This document shows, piece by piece, positions 18,705 through 29,489 of a stretch of 64,000 bases of DNA (positions within the stretch are counted from its first letter, which is position 1; every line of letters begins with the position of its first letter). The notes below the pieces were generated by a model, which had not been told where the DNA came from, did not search any database, and was given only the letters and a program-made list of their open reading frames with translations. The position numbers and the translations under genes are program-made. The DNA comes from a virus (taxonomy: Duplodnaviria > Caudoviricetes), in the IMG/VR virus record IMGVR_UViG_3300032226_000829. One strand, written 5' to 3'.

Positions 18705-21700
18705 ATGGCTAAAAAACAGTTAAAAAATTTTATATTTGAACCAGGTATTGGCAAGGATGATGGTCTATATCCCAATGCTGCCACACTGGTACTGGCCAAC
18801 AAAGCATTTTTACAACAACAGGTTGTGGCATACATCAACTACAACATCGCCAACGGTATTGCACCCTATGTGGGATATACCTACGCTTCACAAAAATGTA
18901 TCAGAGACGTGGGGTATTTCATAGACGCAGTCACACACGATTTAAGATATGGTGGCAATGTTAAATGTCGTCAGGTGGCAGATTATTTTTGGATAGACGG
19001 AGAACCTCAGATCCGAGGTGATGTCACACCAGAGACCACTGGACAGGCCTATCTGCGTGATATTATCAATCAATTCATACTGACCAAAACACCAGTCACT
19101 CCCACCTACGGCAACACCACACCTCAGGTATTCACTGCAGGCATCAGCACAGAGAGTGATGCTGCCACTGCCAACATAGTGTTGTGGAATATTTTCAGCA
19201 CCGTGATCACCAACGGTCCCAGTGCAATGCCAGCCAAGGTACCAGGTGTGTCTTCCATCAGAGTGATTGGACAGATTGATCCCGCCAGCATATTATTGAT
19301 TACTGATGTGGATTCAGGAAATATCTTATACAGTTTTGCTGATCCTGCCAATAGTATTTCTGTGACCTATAAACAAGGACGCAGCAGCGGCGACGGCAAT
19401 TTATTAAGTGATTTGGATTGGCCCACTTGGTGGCAGACCAGTGATTCAATCACCACCATAGACTTGAGTGCTGATACCAGCACACTCACTGTGGATTCTA
19501 ATATACAATTTTTTGTGGAAGAAGCTGCACAAACAATCAGACCTTGGGAATTCGGCACAGATGCCATTGAGCGTATGCGTGTGGCCATGCCTCAGGCCAT
19601 GTTGGATGCTGACTTTGAATATGGATTACAACCAACCAAATGGCAGGCTTTGGGTACTTTGAGAATGTATCCTTCCACATATGAAGTACCTGGCAGCGAT
19701 CTGACTGTGTTGAGTTGTGTTACTGATGCATCAGTGAACACTGGATTTTTTGGTAGTTCATTGATCACTGTGACCACTTCAGGAGTGCATGGATTCACAG
19801 TGGGTCAACCCATTTCTGTGAAAGGATTAAACAGCACTGTGTCAGGATTTGCCAGAGCAGAAGGATCTTTTTTAGTGTACAGTGTGCCTAGTTCTGTGAG
19901 TTTCACTTATTATGCTAGTGCTAGAGTAGGCACCAGCAACGAACAAAGTTTGTTGACTTCATTCATACAGATACGTCAAGCACAATTTTTCACAGGTGCT
20001 TCCATAGGTCAGCCCAGTTTTTCAGTGTTCACCAATGGTACCACACTCAGCATAGTCACTGCATTATTGGCCACCACAGGAGCCACGTCATTTGTTTACA
20101 TCGGATCAGCACCCACTGTGGGTTCACCCATAACAGGTCCTGCAGAAATTCCAGTGGGCACCAGTGTGTCAGGCACAGTGGGCGCTGCTTCTGTGACCAC
20201 CAATGTGTTATTGAACACTCTGGTCACTGACACTCAAATTAGTTTGACCAATCTCGCTGGCATACAAACCAGCATGGCTTTGGACGTGGGCGGCACAGCA
20301 TCCACCATCAACACCATAGTGGGCAGTGCATTATCATTGAGCAATCAATTGGGCGTGGCATACAAAGGTAGAGATGGAGTCAACAATGCTGTGACTGGTA
20401 CTCTCACAGCCCCAGCAGGAGTAGGTGCACAATTCAATGTGACTCGCAGTGCTGGAGTATACACCTTGGTACAAACACCAGCAGCATCACCCACACCATT
20501 CAACTATCAAAAAGGTGACAGATTAAAAATATTAGGTACCAATTTGGGTGGTGCCACACCAGCCAATGACGTTAATATTTTAATCACTGCCGCAGGCACT
20601 GGTGGTGACATAGATTCATTCACATTCACCGGCACTTCCATCTTGGGCGGTGCCACATACCTCAACATAGGACACACCGGTTACACCGGCAGCACAGGCA
20701 GTGGATTTCAGATCAATGTCACCAGAACAGGTGGCACAGGCACATATTCTATCAACTCAGTAGCAGCAGGCACTGGTTATGTTGTGACTGAACAGGTCAC
20801 ATTTGCAGGCACTCTTTTTGGTGGCACATCACCAGCCAATGACATTGTGTTGGAAATAGCTTCTGTGACTGGCACAGGCGATGTATTAACTTTCACACCA
20901 GTGGGCTCACCAGTGGGGTCATCAGGAGATGTCACTTATTCAGGCACAGCAGCTCCCAACGTGTCACACTTGGGCAATGGAGCAGAATTCAATATAACCA
21001 GAAGCAATGGAGCATATTCAGTCACACTGAACAATGCAGGCACATTGTATGAAGAAGGCAACACAGTTGCAGTATCGGGTACCACACTGAATGGTGCTAC
21101 TCCAACCAACGATGCCACCATTGAAATCACAGGAGTCACAGGAGGAGTCATAGACACAATCACCATCAGTGGAGTGGGTTATGCAGGTGATTCCATCACA
21201 GTGTATCCTACAGTGAGCATCAGTGAACCCATCACTGGCAACATCGCTGCTGGCACAGCTCTAAACGTGGGAGCCATTGCCACTGTACAAGTGGATTTTC
21301 AAGCTCCACACGGATTGGTTCCAGGCACCACCATATTGAGTCAGGTCACTTCGCAACCTGCACCAGAATTAGCATCCACAGCTAGAACCATCACAGGCAG
21401 CGGCACATGGTCTGTGGCTGCTCTGGGTGGAACTTTTGTGGCAGTGAGATCCGGTGCCACAGCCACACAGAGATCCACCAACGGACAAACTTGGGCAGCA
21501 GGCGGAGCATTGGCTTCAACAGCTTCATGGATTTCCGTGGCAGCTGGCAAAGTGAGTGGCGTTGATTATTTTGTGGTTATAGCTTCTGGCAGCACTTCTG
21601 CTGCTTGGTCTGTGAACAGTGGACAGAGCTGGACTGCTGCTGCTCTACCCAGCGGCGCCAACTGGAGCAAAGTGGCCTATGGTGACGGTGTATTTGTGGC

Positions 21701-24700
21701 TGTGTCCACAGGTGGCACTGCTGCTGCCTACAGCACTGATGGTGGAGCCAATTGGTCAGCCAGCACACTGCCCAGCAGCGGCACATGGACCGGCGTAGCC
21801 TCAGGTTTGATAGGAACTTCCACATATTTTGTAGCAGTGGCTTCAGGCGGCACGGTGGCTGCATATTCACCAGACTATGGAGTCAGCTGGATTGCCACAG
21901 GAGCACTGCCAGCCTCAGCCACATGGAGTGCTGTGAGTTACGGCAACAACAGGTTTGTGGCCATCAGCTCCGGCAGCACCAATGCAGCATTTTCCACCAA
22001 CGGAACCACTTGGACACTGAGCACTCTGCCCAGCAGCAGCACATGGAATGAAATAATTTACGGCGATGACGTATTTTTAATCACTGCCACAGGCACCACA
22101 TCAGCTCTCACTTCATTCACTGGTGAAACAGGATCATTCACTGCAAGAACTTTGGCCACTTCATCCACTTGGGATTCGTTGGCTTACACTTTTTACACTG
22201 GTCAAGGATTTGGAAGATTTGTGCTCACTGATCAATCAACCACTGCATTGGAAATCAATCTCACTTCAGCCAATCACCAGTTGGGCACAGGACCACACGT
22301 GGTATCTTCAGTGCCCAGCCCAGCTACCATAAGATTTGTGGCCAGAACCACAGGCATCATCAATATCTCCGGCAGTTCTATCACAGGAGTGGTGTATGCC
22401 AGACCAGACAGTTTCTTTGTGCATAGACCATTTGATGGTGGAGTACAGTTGGGTACAGGTAACCCCAGCCATGGTGCACAGGCCATCAGACAGAGCAAGA
22501 AATATATCAGATATCAATCAGGCAAAGGCATCATGTACACCACTGGAGGATTATTTGCTCCCAGTTACAATTTGTCAGGAGCCACAGCATCTGGCACAGC
22601 AGTGAACAGTTTGATCACGTTCACAGCAGATGACACAGATCACGGAGTGCAGGCAGGCTGTGTGATAGAAACCATAGGATTTGTGAGTTTTGAATACAAT
22701 GGAGAATTCACTGTGGAGAGTGTGATAGATGCACGCAGTTTCACTGCCAGATCAGCAGTGGTATTGAGCACCACCACAGCACTGTTGGGCACTGAATGCA
22801 AAATGCTTATCAAATATTGGCATGGTTCAACTGTGCGTATAGGTGCATTTGATGAACAGAACGGAATATTCTATCAGTATGATGGCGAAGAGATGGCAGT
22901 GGTGCGCAGAAGCAGCACCAATCAATTGACAGGTACCATTGCTGTGAACACAGACAGCAATCAAATCACTGGCACAGGCACAAGATTTCAAGATCAATTA
23001 AAAGTAGGAGATAAGATTGTAATCAGAGGCATGAGTCATTTGGTGACTCAATTGAATTCTCAAACAGCCATGACAGTGGCTCCAGACTGGCGAGGTGCCA
23101 ACAGTATTGTGGGAGCCCGAGTGTGTATCACTGAAGAATTATATGTGCCACAGAGTCAATGGAATTTGGACAAATTGGATGGCACCGGACCCAGCGGATA
23201 TAATCTACTACCATGGCGCATGCAGATGTTGGGCATGCAGTATTCATGGTATGCAGCAGGATTCATTGAATGGATGCTGCGAGGAGCTGACGGAAAATTT
23301 GTGTTCTTACACAAGATAAGAAATTCCAATACCAACACCGAAGCTTACATGCGTACTGCCAACTTGCCTGTGAGATATGAAGTGGAAAATCGTTCAGCAT
23401 TGAGTGAATTATACTCTGCAGTGAATTCTTCTCAAACCACCATAGAATTAGTTGATGCTCGTAGATTTCCTGACAATGGTGTAATTTACGTAGGCAATGA
23501 ATTGATATCATACAATGGAAAATCAGGCAGATCTTTGACTGGATGTACCCGATCAGCTTCATTTGGTTCATTCACTTCTGGAATCAACAGAGTATACACA
23601 GGTGGCACAGCATCATCATATTCCGTGGGCACTGGAGTCACATTGGTCAGTTGCACAGCCACTCCCACTATCAGTCACTGGGGGTCAGCGTTGCTCACTG
23701 ATGGTTTATTTGATGAAGACCGAGGATACATTTTTAACTATGCTGCCACAGGATTGAGTGTGAGCACTGCCAAACAGACTGCCTTTATGATCAGATTGGC
23801 TCCATCTGTTTCCAATGCATTGGTGGGAGATTTGGGTGAAAGAGATTTATTAAACAGAGCACAATTGTTATTGAATGAAGTGGCAGTGACCACTGACACA
23901 GGCTCAGGCACTGTGGTTATAGAAGGAGTATTGAATCCAAGAAATTATCCTGCCAATCCATCCAACATCACTTGGACAGGTCTGGCCAGCTCTGCTGCAG
24001 GAGGTCAACCAAGTTTTGCGCAGATAGCACTGGGGGGTTCTATCAACTGGGGAGGTGTGCCACTGACCACCACCACTGCTACCATACAAGGAGCACTGAC
24101 CACCACTGTGAATGCTAGAGGATTTACCACTGTCACGCAGAACTTGACAGCCATTGCCAACTCAGGATTTAGAACTCGTTCGTTTCAAACCACTGACAAT
24201 GATTTTTTTATCACCAACACAGCTTATGATGCATTAACCAGTACTCCTTTGAGAGTGGGTGACAGACTGTCAGTGGGTACTTTTGTCACTGCAGGACAGA
24301 GTATTTCCAACATCACTCGTGCATATTTGGGGGGTATATACACCAGAATTGAAATGAGTTCTGCTGCCAACGGCAACAGTACTATTGGTGTCAACGTGAC
24401 CATCAGTGTGCAGAACAGTATCTCAACCAACTATGCCAGCGCCTATGTGAATGGCAGAACAGATTTTTTAATCACTAACGCAGAAGCAACATCTTCCAAC
24501 ATCACAGTGGGTGATGTATTGCTGGTCTCCACTTTTGTGATCAGCAGTCAGACAGTGACCACCATCACCAGTTCGTATGCCACTGTCAGCGGAGTAGCTT
24601 ACACACGCATAGTGATGAGCAGTGCAGCCAATGCCACTCAGGCAGTGAATACCAGCACCGCCACCACAGTCACAGCTGCCGGCACAGGAGCAACTTATGC

Positions 24701-25145
24701 AGGTAACTTCATATTCTTCACACAGGCCACTTGGAACAACTCGGGCGCTTCCAATGGTACCAGGGTGGCTACTTCATTCACTCAATTCCCAGCCAACACT
24801 TCTGTGAGTGCTGTGAGCAATAGAAGATTGGGCGGCACCACTGTGATCAGAGCCACATTCACACAGACACTGGCCACTTCAGTATCAGCTGCAGGCACAG
24901 TGACCTTCCAGTTTGGTGATCCACAGTTTGCACTGCCAGGTGAACAGGTGTTTTCATTCTTATTGCAACCAGGAGCATTGGCTGCTTTGAGTTTGAAAGA
25001 ATTAAAAGAGTTAACCACCACTGCCATAGGTGGCAGAGGCACGTTCCCCAATGGTCCAGACGTGTTGGCCATCAATATCTACAAGATATCAGGCACAGCA
25101 GTGAATGGATCTGTTATTTTGCGATGGGGTGAAGCTCAGGCGTAA
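18705..25145 (+). CDS. 2146-aa tail-fibre/virion protein with tandem beta-repeats and Asp-box beta-propeller
   Basis: N-terminal helical KC.RD.G..IDAV..DL..GGN domain shared with 3270..9290; DADFEYGLQPTKW and QSKKYIRYQSGKG motifs; Asp-boxes SVNSGQSW, STDGGANW, SPDYGVSW, STNGTTW. Confidence 0.75.
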   Translation: MAKKQLKNFIFEPGIGKDDGLYPNAATLVLANKAFLQQQVVAYINYNIANGIAPYVGYTYASQKCIRDVGYFIDAVTHDLRYGGNVKCRQVADYFWIDGEPQIRGDVTPETTGQAYLRDIINQFILTKTPVTPTYGNTTPQVFTAGISTESDAATANIVLWNIFSTVITNGPSAMPAKVPGVSSIRVIGQIDPASILLITDVDSGNILYSFADPANSISVTYKQGRSSGDGNLLSDLDWPTWWQTSDSITTIDLSADTSTLTVDSNIQFFVEEAAQTIRPWEFGTDAIERMRVAMPQAMLDADFEYGLQPTKWQALGTLRMYPSTYEVPGSDLTVLSCVTDASVNTGFFGSSLITVTTSGVHGFTVGQPISVKGLNSTVSGFARAEGSFLVYSVPSSVSFTYYASARVGTSNEQSLLTSFIQIRQAQFFTGASIGQPSFSVFTNGTTLSIVTALLATTGATSFVYIGSAPTVGSPITGPAEIPVGTSVSGTVGAASVTTNVLLNTLVTDTQISLTNLAGIQTSMALDVGGTASTINTIVGSALSLSNQLGVAYKGRDGVNNAVTGTLTAPAGVGAQFNVTRSAGVYTLVQTPAASPTPFNYQKGDRLKILGTNLGGATPANDVNILITAAGTGGDIDSFTFTGTSILGGATYLNIGHTGYTGSTGSGFQINVTRTGGTGTYSINSVAAGTGYVVTEQVTFAGTLFGGTSPANDIVLEIASVTGTGDVLTFTPVGSPVGSSGDVTYSGTAAPNVSHLGNGAEFNITRSNGAYSVTLNNAGTLYEEGNTVAVSGTTLNGATPTNDATIEITGVTGGVIDTITISGVGYAGDSITVYPTVSISEPITGNIAAGTALNVGAIATVQVDFQAPHGLVPGTTILSQVTSQPAPELASTARTITGSGTWSVAALGGTFVAVRSGATATQRSTNGQTWAAGGALASTASWISVAAGKVSGVDYFVVIASGSTSAAWSVNSGQSWTAAALPSGANWSKVAYGDGVFVAVSTGGTAAAYSTDGGANWSASTLPSSGTWTGVASGLIGTSTYFVAVASGGTVAAYSPDYGVSWIATGALPASATWSAVSYGNNRFVAISSGSTNAAFSTNGTTWTLSTLPSSSTWNEIIYGDDVFLITATGTTSALTSFTGETGSFTARTLATSSTWDSLAYTFYTGQGFGRFVLTDQSTTALEINLTSANHQLGTGPHVVSSVPSPATIRFVARTTGIINISGSSITGVVYARPDSFFVHRPFDGGVQLGTGNPSHGAQAIRQSKKYIRYQSGKGIMYTTGGLFAPSYNLSGATASGTAVNSLITFTADDTDHGVQAGCVIETIGFVSFEYNGEFTVESVIDARSFTARSAVVLSTTTALLGTECKMLIKYWHGSTVRIGAFDEQNGIFYQYDGEEMAVVRRSSTNQLTGTIAVNTDSNQITGTGTRFQDQLKVGDKIVIRGMSHLVTQLNSQTAMTVAPDWRGANSIVGARVCITEELYVPQSQWNLDKLDGTGPSGYNLLPWRMQMLGMQYSWYAAGFIEWMLRGADGKFVFLHKIRNSNTNTEAYMRTANLPVRYEVENRSALSELYSAVNSSQTTIELVDARRFPDNGVIYVGNELISYNGKSGRSLTGCTRSASFGSFTSGINRVYTGGTASSYSVGTGVTLVSCTATPTISHWGSALLTDGLFDEDRGYIFNYAATGLSVSTAKQTAFMIRLAPSVSNALVGDLGERDLLNRAQLLLNEVAVTTDTGSGTVVIEGVLNPRNYPANPSNITWTGLASSAAGGQPSFAQIALGGSINWGGVPLTTTTATIQGALTTTVNARGFTTVTQNLTAIANSGFRTRSFQTTDNDFFITNTAYDALTSTPLRVGDRLSVGTFVTAGQSISNITRAYLGGIYTRIEMSSAANGNSTIGVNVTISVQNSISTNYASAYVNGRTDFLITNAEATSSNITVGDVLLVSTFVISSQTVTTITSSYATVSGVAYTRIVMSSAANATQAVNTSTATTVTAAGTGATYAGNFIFFTQATWNNSGASNGTRVATSFTQFPANTSVSAVSNRRLGGTTVIRATFTQTLATSVSAAGTVTFQFGDPQFALPGEQVFSFLLQPGALAALSLKELKELTTTAIGGRGTFPNGPDVLAINIYKISGTAVNGSVILRWGEAQA

Positions 25146-25518
25146 CAGTTTTTTGACTGTCACCAGGCACTATTCTATAATTGTCTTCCACGCTGTCTGC
25201 AGTAGAAACTTCTGTGATTGAACTGTTGTCCAATACAGCTTCCAATTGATGAGGTTGTAGAGGAGGATTGTGCCAAGTTTGACCTTCGCTTAATTCCTTC
25301 TGATATATTTTAGCATCCTTGGTGTCTATCCAACGCACTAAAAATTTTCCAGAATTCACAAACCAAGTTTCCTCTTTATGTTTGTGAAAATGCAGTGAAC
25401 ACTTGTTGCCTGCTTTGGTAAACACTAAAATTTTTCCACAGTAATTGTCATTGGTGGCCCATATTAATTCATAACCCCAACCTTTGTCTATTTTGCCTTC
25501 TTGTCTATTCACGGTCAT
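25114..25518 (-). CDS. Cupin-fold protein (sugar isomerase-like)
   Basis: KGWGYE.IW...CSLHFHKHKEETWFV.SG cupin metal motif; last gene of the heptose operon. Confidence 0.7.
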   Translation of the reverse strand: MTVNRQEGKIDKGWGYELIWATNDNYCGKILVFTKAGNKCSLHFHKHKEETWFVNSGKFLVRWIDTKDAKIYQKELSEGQTWHNPPLQPHQLEAVLDNSSITEVSTADSVEDNYRIVPGDSQKTVTPELHPIAK

Positions 25519-26332
25519 TGCGAATATATTCCTCTATGGTTTTGTATTGGATGTTCACATGAGTATTTAAAAGAGTTGTGTCAGCACAGGTATAAGTTTG
25601 ATACTGTGCTTTTAATTGTGTTGGCATGGGCACTAATTCTATACGAGCATTGTATTTTTTGGCAATTATTTCTGCTACTTCAGCAAAACTTGTGGGTGTT
25701 CCTGTGCCCACATTAAAAATACCACTCACACCTTTGGTCAACATTTGTTCATGCACATCACAAACATCATCCGCACACACAAAATCTCTCAGATATTTTT
25801 CACTATTTTCAAAAAGTTTAATTACTCCTGTTTGTTGAGCTTGTTGAATAAATTTTGAAATGGGCGATGCTTGGTTGCCTTTGTGTTCTTCATGCGCTCC
25901 ATACACATTAAAATATCTAAATCCTTGCACTGATATGTTGTATTCACTGTAAGGAACAGATTTAATCATTCTATCAAACAAAAATTTACTCCAAGCATAA
26001 GCACTCAATGGAGACATGGCAGCATCTTCTTTGAAATTTTTTGTTAGACCATACACACTGGCTGAGCTGGCGTATTGAAAATTAATACCCATCATATCAC
26101 ACAGGTACAATAATTTACAACTGAAATCAAAATTTTGAATCATTATTTTTTCCACATCTGTTTCTGTGGTGCTGCTGATAGCACCCAAGTGTATCACTTG
26201 ATCGTGTTTGGTTACATCTGGCATCACATCAGGAATATAATCATATCCTTCCACTGTGTGTCCTTTGTTCACAAGATGTTTGAATAGATTTTGACCGATA
26301 AATCCTTTGTGTCCTGTGATTAATATTCTCAT
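25505..26332 (-). CDS. hldD: ADP-L-glycero-D-manno-heptose 6-epimerase
   Basis: ITGHKGFIG Rossmann motif, YASSASVYG, YAWSK, GFRYFNVYG..E.HKG..AS as in HldD/RfaD. Confidence 0.85.
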   Translation of the reverse strand: MRILITGHKGFIGQNLFKHLVNKGHTVEGYDYIPDVMPDVTKHDQVIHLGAISSTTETDVEKIMIQNFDFSCKLLYLCDMMGINFQYASSASVYGLTKNFKEDAAMSPLSAYAWSKFLFDRMIKSVPYSEYNISVQGFRYFNVYGAHEEHKGNQASPISKFIQQAQQTGVIKLFENSEKYLRDFVCADDVCDVHEQMLTKGVSGIFNVGTGTPTSFAEVAEIIAKKYNARIELVPMPTQLKAQYQTYTCADTTLLNTHVNIQYKTIEEYIRNDRE

Positions 26333-27579
26333 GATTGTAATCTATCTATAATTTTTGTGGTGGAAAATCCTTCCACGGTGGGAAATATAATCACTCGTGC
26401 CAACTCATTGCCCACTGTGGTGGACACTGTGTAATCTCCACCTTTGACAATAATGTCTGGTTTAATTTCTTCTATGATTCTTTGTGGAGTATCTTCTGTG
26501 AATAGCACTACTTCGTCCACCCAAGGCAACATTTCCAATTGACGTTTTCTTGTGGCATAATCATTCACTGGTCTGCCTTCACCTTTTAATCTACGCACAC
26601 TGGCATCATCGTTGATGCCTACTATTAACTTTTTACCTTGATTCCTAGCAAACTTTAATAATTCCAAATGTCCTGTGTGTAATATATCAAACACTCCATT
26701 GGTCCATACTGTGCCTTTGTTCAAATCTTCTTTGGTGACAGGCACAACACCAAACTTTTCCACATTTCTTGCTGCAGCATAGCATGCCAATTCACAAGCA
26801 CGTGGCACAGTCATGCCTTGTTTGATACCATATGCTATCACGGCCAACACAGTATCACCTGCTCCGGTGACATCTGCCACTTCTCTCACGGGTTCTTTCA
26901 CATGTGAGTACGATCCTTCTTTGGAAATGATATGAATACCTTTGGCTCCATCAGTGATTATAAGCCATGTCCAACTGTGTGTTTGAGCAAATTTCACAGC
27001 TGAATCCACATCAAAAGTGCCATTCCATGATTCATATTCTTTCATGTTGGGCTTAACTAAAAATGCTCCATCATAATAATCAGCAGATTGTTTGGGATCT
27101 ACCAACACCCATTGAGTTTTTTCTAAAATGTTTTTTACTGTGTGAGATTTAATAACTCCTTTGGCATAATCACTGATTAATACCATACTTTTTTCTGTGA
27201 GAGAAAATAACAGTTGAGATAAACAACTATCTTTGATGTATTGTTTTTCTCTATCCCAACGCAGTATGTGTTGCCCTCTTTGTTCAACTAATCTTATTTT
27301 TGTTGTGGTAATAGGAGCATCTTCTGCTATGGATAAAAATACATTGCTGTTTTTTAATAAGTTTACTAAACTGTAACCGTCTGTGTCTTTGCCCACTGCT
27401 CCATACAATTGTACATCATTGTGAATGGCAGCCATATTCACTGCTAAATTAGCAGCACCACCTGGAGAAACTTTTTGATTTTGTTCTAATAAAATAGGAA
27501 TGGGTGCTTCAGGTGACATGCGATCAGCAGTGCCCACGATCCAACGATCCAGCATGATATCACCAAGTATTTTGATCAT
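26329..27579 (-). CDS. hldE: Bifunctional heptose-7-phosphate kinase / heptose-1-phosphate adenylyltransferase
   Basis: PfkB kinase (GD.MLD, R.SPEAPIP, GGAANLA, DVTGAGDT) fused to nucleotidyltransferase (TNGVFDILHTGH, KGEGRP, VKGGDY, G.STT). Confidence 0.92.
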   Translation of the reverse strand: MIKILGDIMLDRWIVGTADRMSPEAPIPILLEQNQKVSPGGAANLAVNMAAIHNDVQLYGAVGKDTDGYSLVNLLKNSNVFLSIAEDAPITTTKIRLVEQRGQHILRWDREKQYIKDSCLSQLLFSLTEKSMVLISDYAKGVIKSHTVKNILEKTQWVLVDPKQSADYYDGAFLVKPNMKEYESWNGTFDVDSAVKFAQTHSWTWLIITDGAKGIHIISKEGSYSHVKEPVREVADVTGAGDTVLAVIAYGIKQGMTVPRACELACYAAARNVEKFGVVPVTKEDLNKGTVWTNGVFDILHTGHLELLKFARNQGKKLIVGINDDASVRRLKGEGRPVNDYATRKRQLEMLPWVDEVVLFTEDTPQRIIEEIKPDIIVKGGDYTVSTTVGNELARVIIFPTVEGFSTTKIIDRLQS

Positions 27580-28013
27580 TATAGAAATTTTAACATCTTA
27601 AAAACTGTTTCCAGTTTTATTTGATTATTTTTGTTTTGTAATGTATTTCTCAATCCTTGATGTAAAGGTTTGGGCCATTTGCCAAATATTACCCAAGCGT
27701 AGCCATCGTGTTCTTCATTTAATTTAGGGATAAACTCATTTTTTACCACACACAGATAGGTATGATATAAAAAGTTTTCATCATTGCTCACAAACGTTTC
27801 TAAAGGTATAGTTTTGGTAATATTTACAGAACCAATTTCTTCACTGATTTCTCTTTTGAGCGATTCCCAAGGTGTTTCGCTTGCAATATTCTTGCCGCCC
27901 ACTAATCCCCACACGTTGGATTGTTTGCTTTGAGTTCTGTGTAAAAACAAAAATCTTTTGGTGTCTAGATTATAGAACAAGGCTCCGCAGCCAATTATTT
28001 TCTTATTGGTCAT
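27579..28013 (-). CDS. NUDIX hydrolase
   Basis: Nudix box GGKNIASETPWESLKREISEEIG. Confidence 0.85.
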   Translation of the reverse strand: MTNKKIIGCGALFYNLDTKRFLFLHRTQSKQSNVWGLVGGKNIASETPWESLKREISEEIGSVNITKTIPLETFVSNDENFLYHTYLCVVKNEFIPKLNEEHDGYAWVIFGKWPKPLHQGLRNTLQNKNNQIKLETVFKMLKFL

Positions 28014-28026
28014 ACTGATAATTATG

Positions 28027-29487
28027 CTATAGACTTAGGTTCCAGGTTCCTTTGCGATATTCACCTTCAAAGCTCAATAACCATGCTGTGCCATCCCATT
28101 TGTACTGCACACCTGTGTTTAGATTGGTGATGTAGGTAAATTCAACTGCTGAATCCACAGTGTTAGCATTGGCACTGGCATCAAATAATATGTTCCATTG
28201 AGTGCCATTCCATTCTATGATGTCATTGGATTGAGCCACAAAATCACTACTGTTGGAATTCTTCCATGCATCGGCTCCGTCCACATTACTGTTTGATCCT
28301 ATGTCATTTAAAATTAATAATCGTAATCCAGAAATTTTTGTTGCTGTGGGATTGAATGTGAGTGGATCTATGATGTAATCCACAGTGCCTCTGTTGGTTA
28401 CTCCATTGATAATTGTATTGGTTGGAATAGTATCAGTGTCCCAATTCACTATCAATTGATTTTCATTCAAACTGTTGAGAGCAAACGTTCCTGAAATTGT
28501 GGAATCCATATCAGAACGTTCCAAAAGTATTCTACTGATGCCTGCTTGATAAATTCCTGGATATGCATCCAACACTTTTCTCCAATTGGTTACGCCCACA
28601 ACTCCTTTGTCTACTATTTGAACTATGCTGTTCATTACCACAATATCCCAATCACTGATAGTGGTTGCTATCACAGAATTAGCATCGGTTCTTGCCACTT
28701 TGCTGGTATCCTGAGTGCCATCAGCTGTGGTATTGATATCTGATCTAGCAGTGTCTGTGGGATCATCTGAATATGCTTTGAGTTCAGGCATGCTCATTCC
28801 CAAATCAATATTACCTGTTTGTTCGTTAAAAATACTGGTGATAATTTTTGTAATTACTCCTAATTTTTTTACTTTGGTTGGTGCACTGATATAGATTGGA
28901 GTGGTAAATTGCAGTGTGGCAATGTCTATTTCACTTTCAGTGCCTGTGGGAATTCCTCTGGAACTAAAAGTTATTCCATTAAGATCTAACACAGTTAAAC
29001 TGGTCCAATCAATGTAATTGTCAGTGGTTTGAATTTCTAAACTGGGATTGAATAACATCAATATTTGTTCTAATATTTGTAATTTTTGATCTGTATTGGT
29101 TGACCAAATGTCCACACTCACACCCAAGGTGTAAGGAGTAGGCATTAATCTTTCCACAGTAAAATTGGCTCCTTGAATATTCAAATACTCCTCGTTATTT
29201 TCATCAAATGCTCTTTCTCTCACATGTATTTTACTTACAAATGTAGCATCAGCTGTACGGGTACGATCCATTTCCAATGAAGTCACGTATACTGCCATTC
29301 TAGGAGCACTGGGAATTTTATTTTCACTGTTGTCTCTAATGATATGTGCCACTTGTCTAGTGATATCGCCATACATCACTGGTATGGTCTTCAATTGACC
29401 TTTGCCATCTTTATAAGAAAAATTACTCATTAATCTCACAATCTGAGTAATATATCTGCGTATTTGTCCGTCGTAAAAAAATTCCAT
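28027..29487 (-). CDS. Tail terminator / sheath stabiliser (T4 gp15-like) with C-terminal extension
   Basis: FFYDGQIRRYITQIVRLMSNF, IPVMYG, P.MAVY, PTPY.LGVSVDIW, QILEQIL.LFNP; adjacent to gp14-like gene. Confidence 0.75.
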   Translation of the reverse strand: MEFFYDGQIRRYITQIVRLMSNFSYKDGKGQLKTIPVMYGDITRQVAHIIRDNSENKIPSAPRMAVYVTSLEMDRTRTADATFVSKIHVRERAFDENNEEYLNIQGANFTVERLMPTPYTLGVSVDIWSTNTDQKLQILEQILMLFNPSLEIQTTDNYIDWTSLTVLDLNGITFSSRGIPTGTESEIDIATLQFTTPIYISAPTKVKKLGVITKIITSIFNEQTGNIDLGMSMPELKAYSDDPTDTARSDINTTADGTQDTSKVARTDANSVIATTISDWDIVVMNSIVQIVDKGVVGVTNWRKVLDAYPGIYQAGISRILLERSDMDSTISGTFALNSLNENQLIVNWDTDTIPTNTIINGVTNRGTVDYIIDPLTFNPTATKISGLRLLILNDIGSNSNVDGADAWKNSNSSDFVAQSNDIIEWNGTQWNILFDASANANTVDSAVEFTYITNLNTGVQYKWDGTAWLLSFEGEYRKGTWNLSL

Positions 29488-29489
29488 GT

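Noticed and set aside
18680-18712. Mini-ORF MSKHNSVKNG upstream of the 2146-aa gene
   Set aside because: The ATG is only 2 nt from the promoter box, so probably upstream of the TSS; no other support.
25560-25569. Minus-strand TAAATA inside hldD as an internal promoter for the cupin
   Set aside because: It lies in coding sequence (L-N-T codons), the nearest ATG is followed directly by TGA, and such hexamers occur by chance here.
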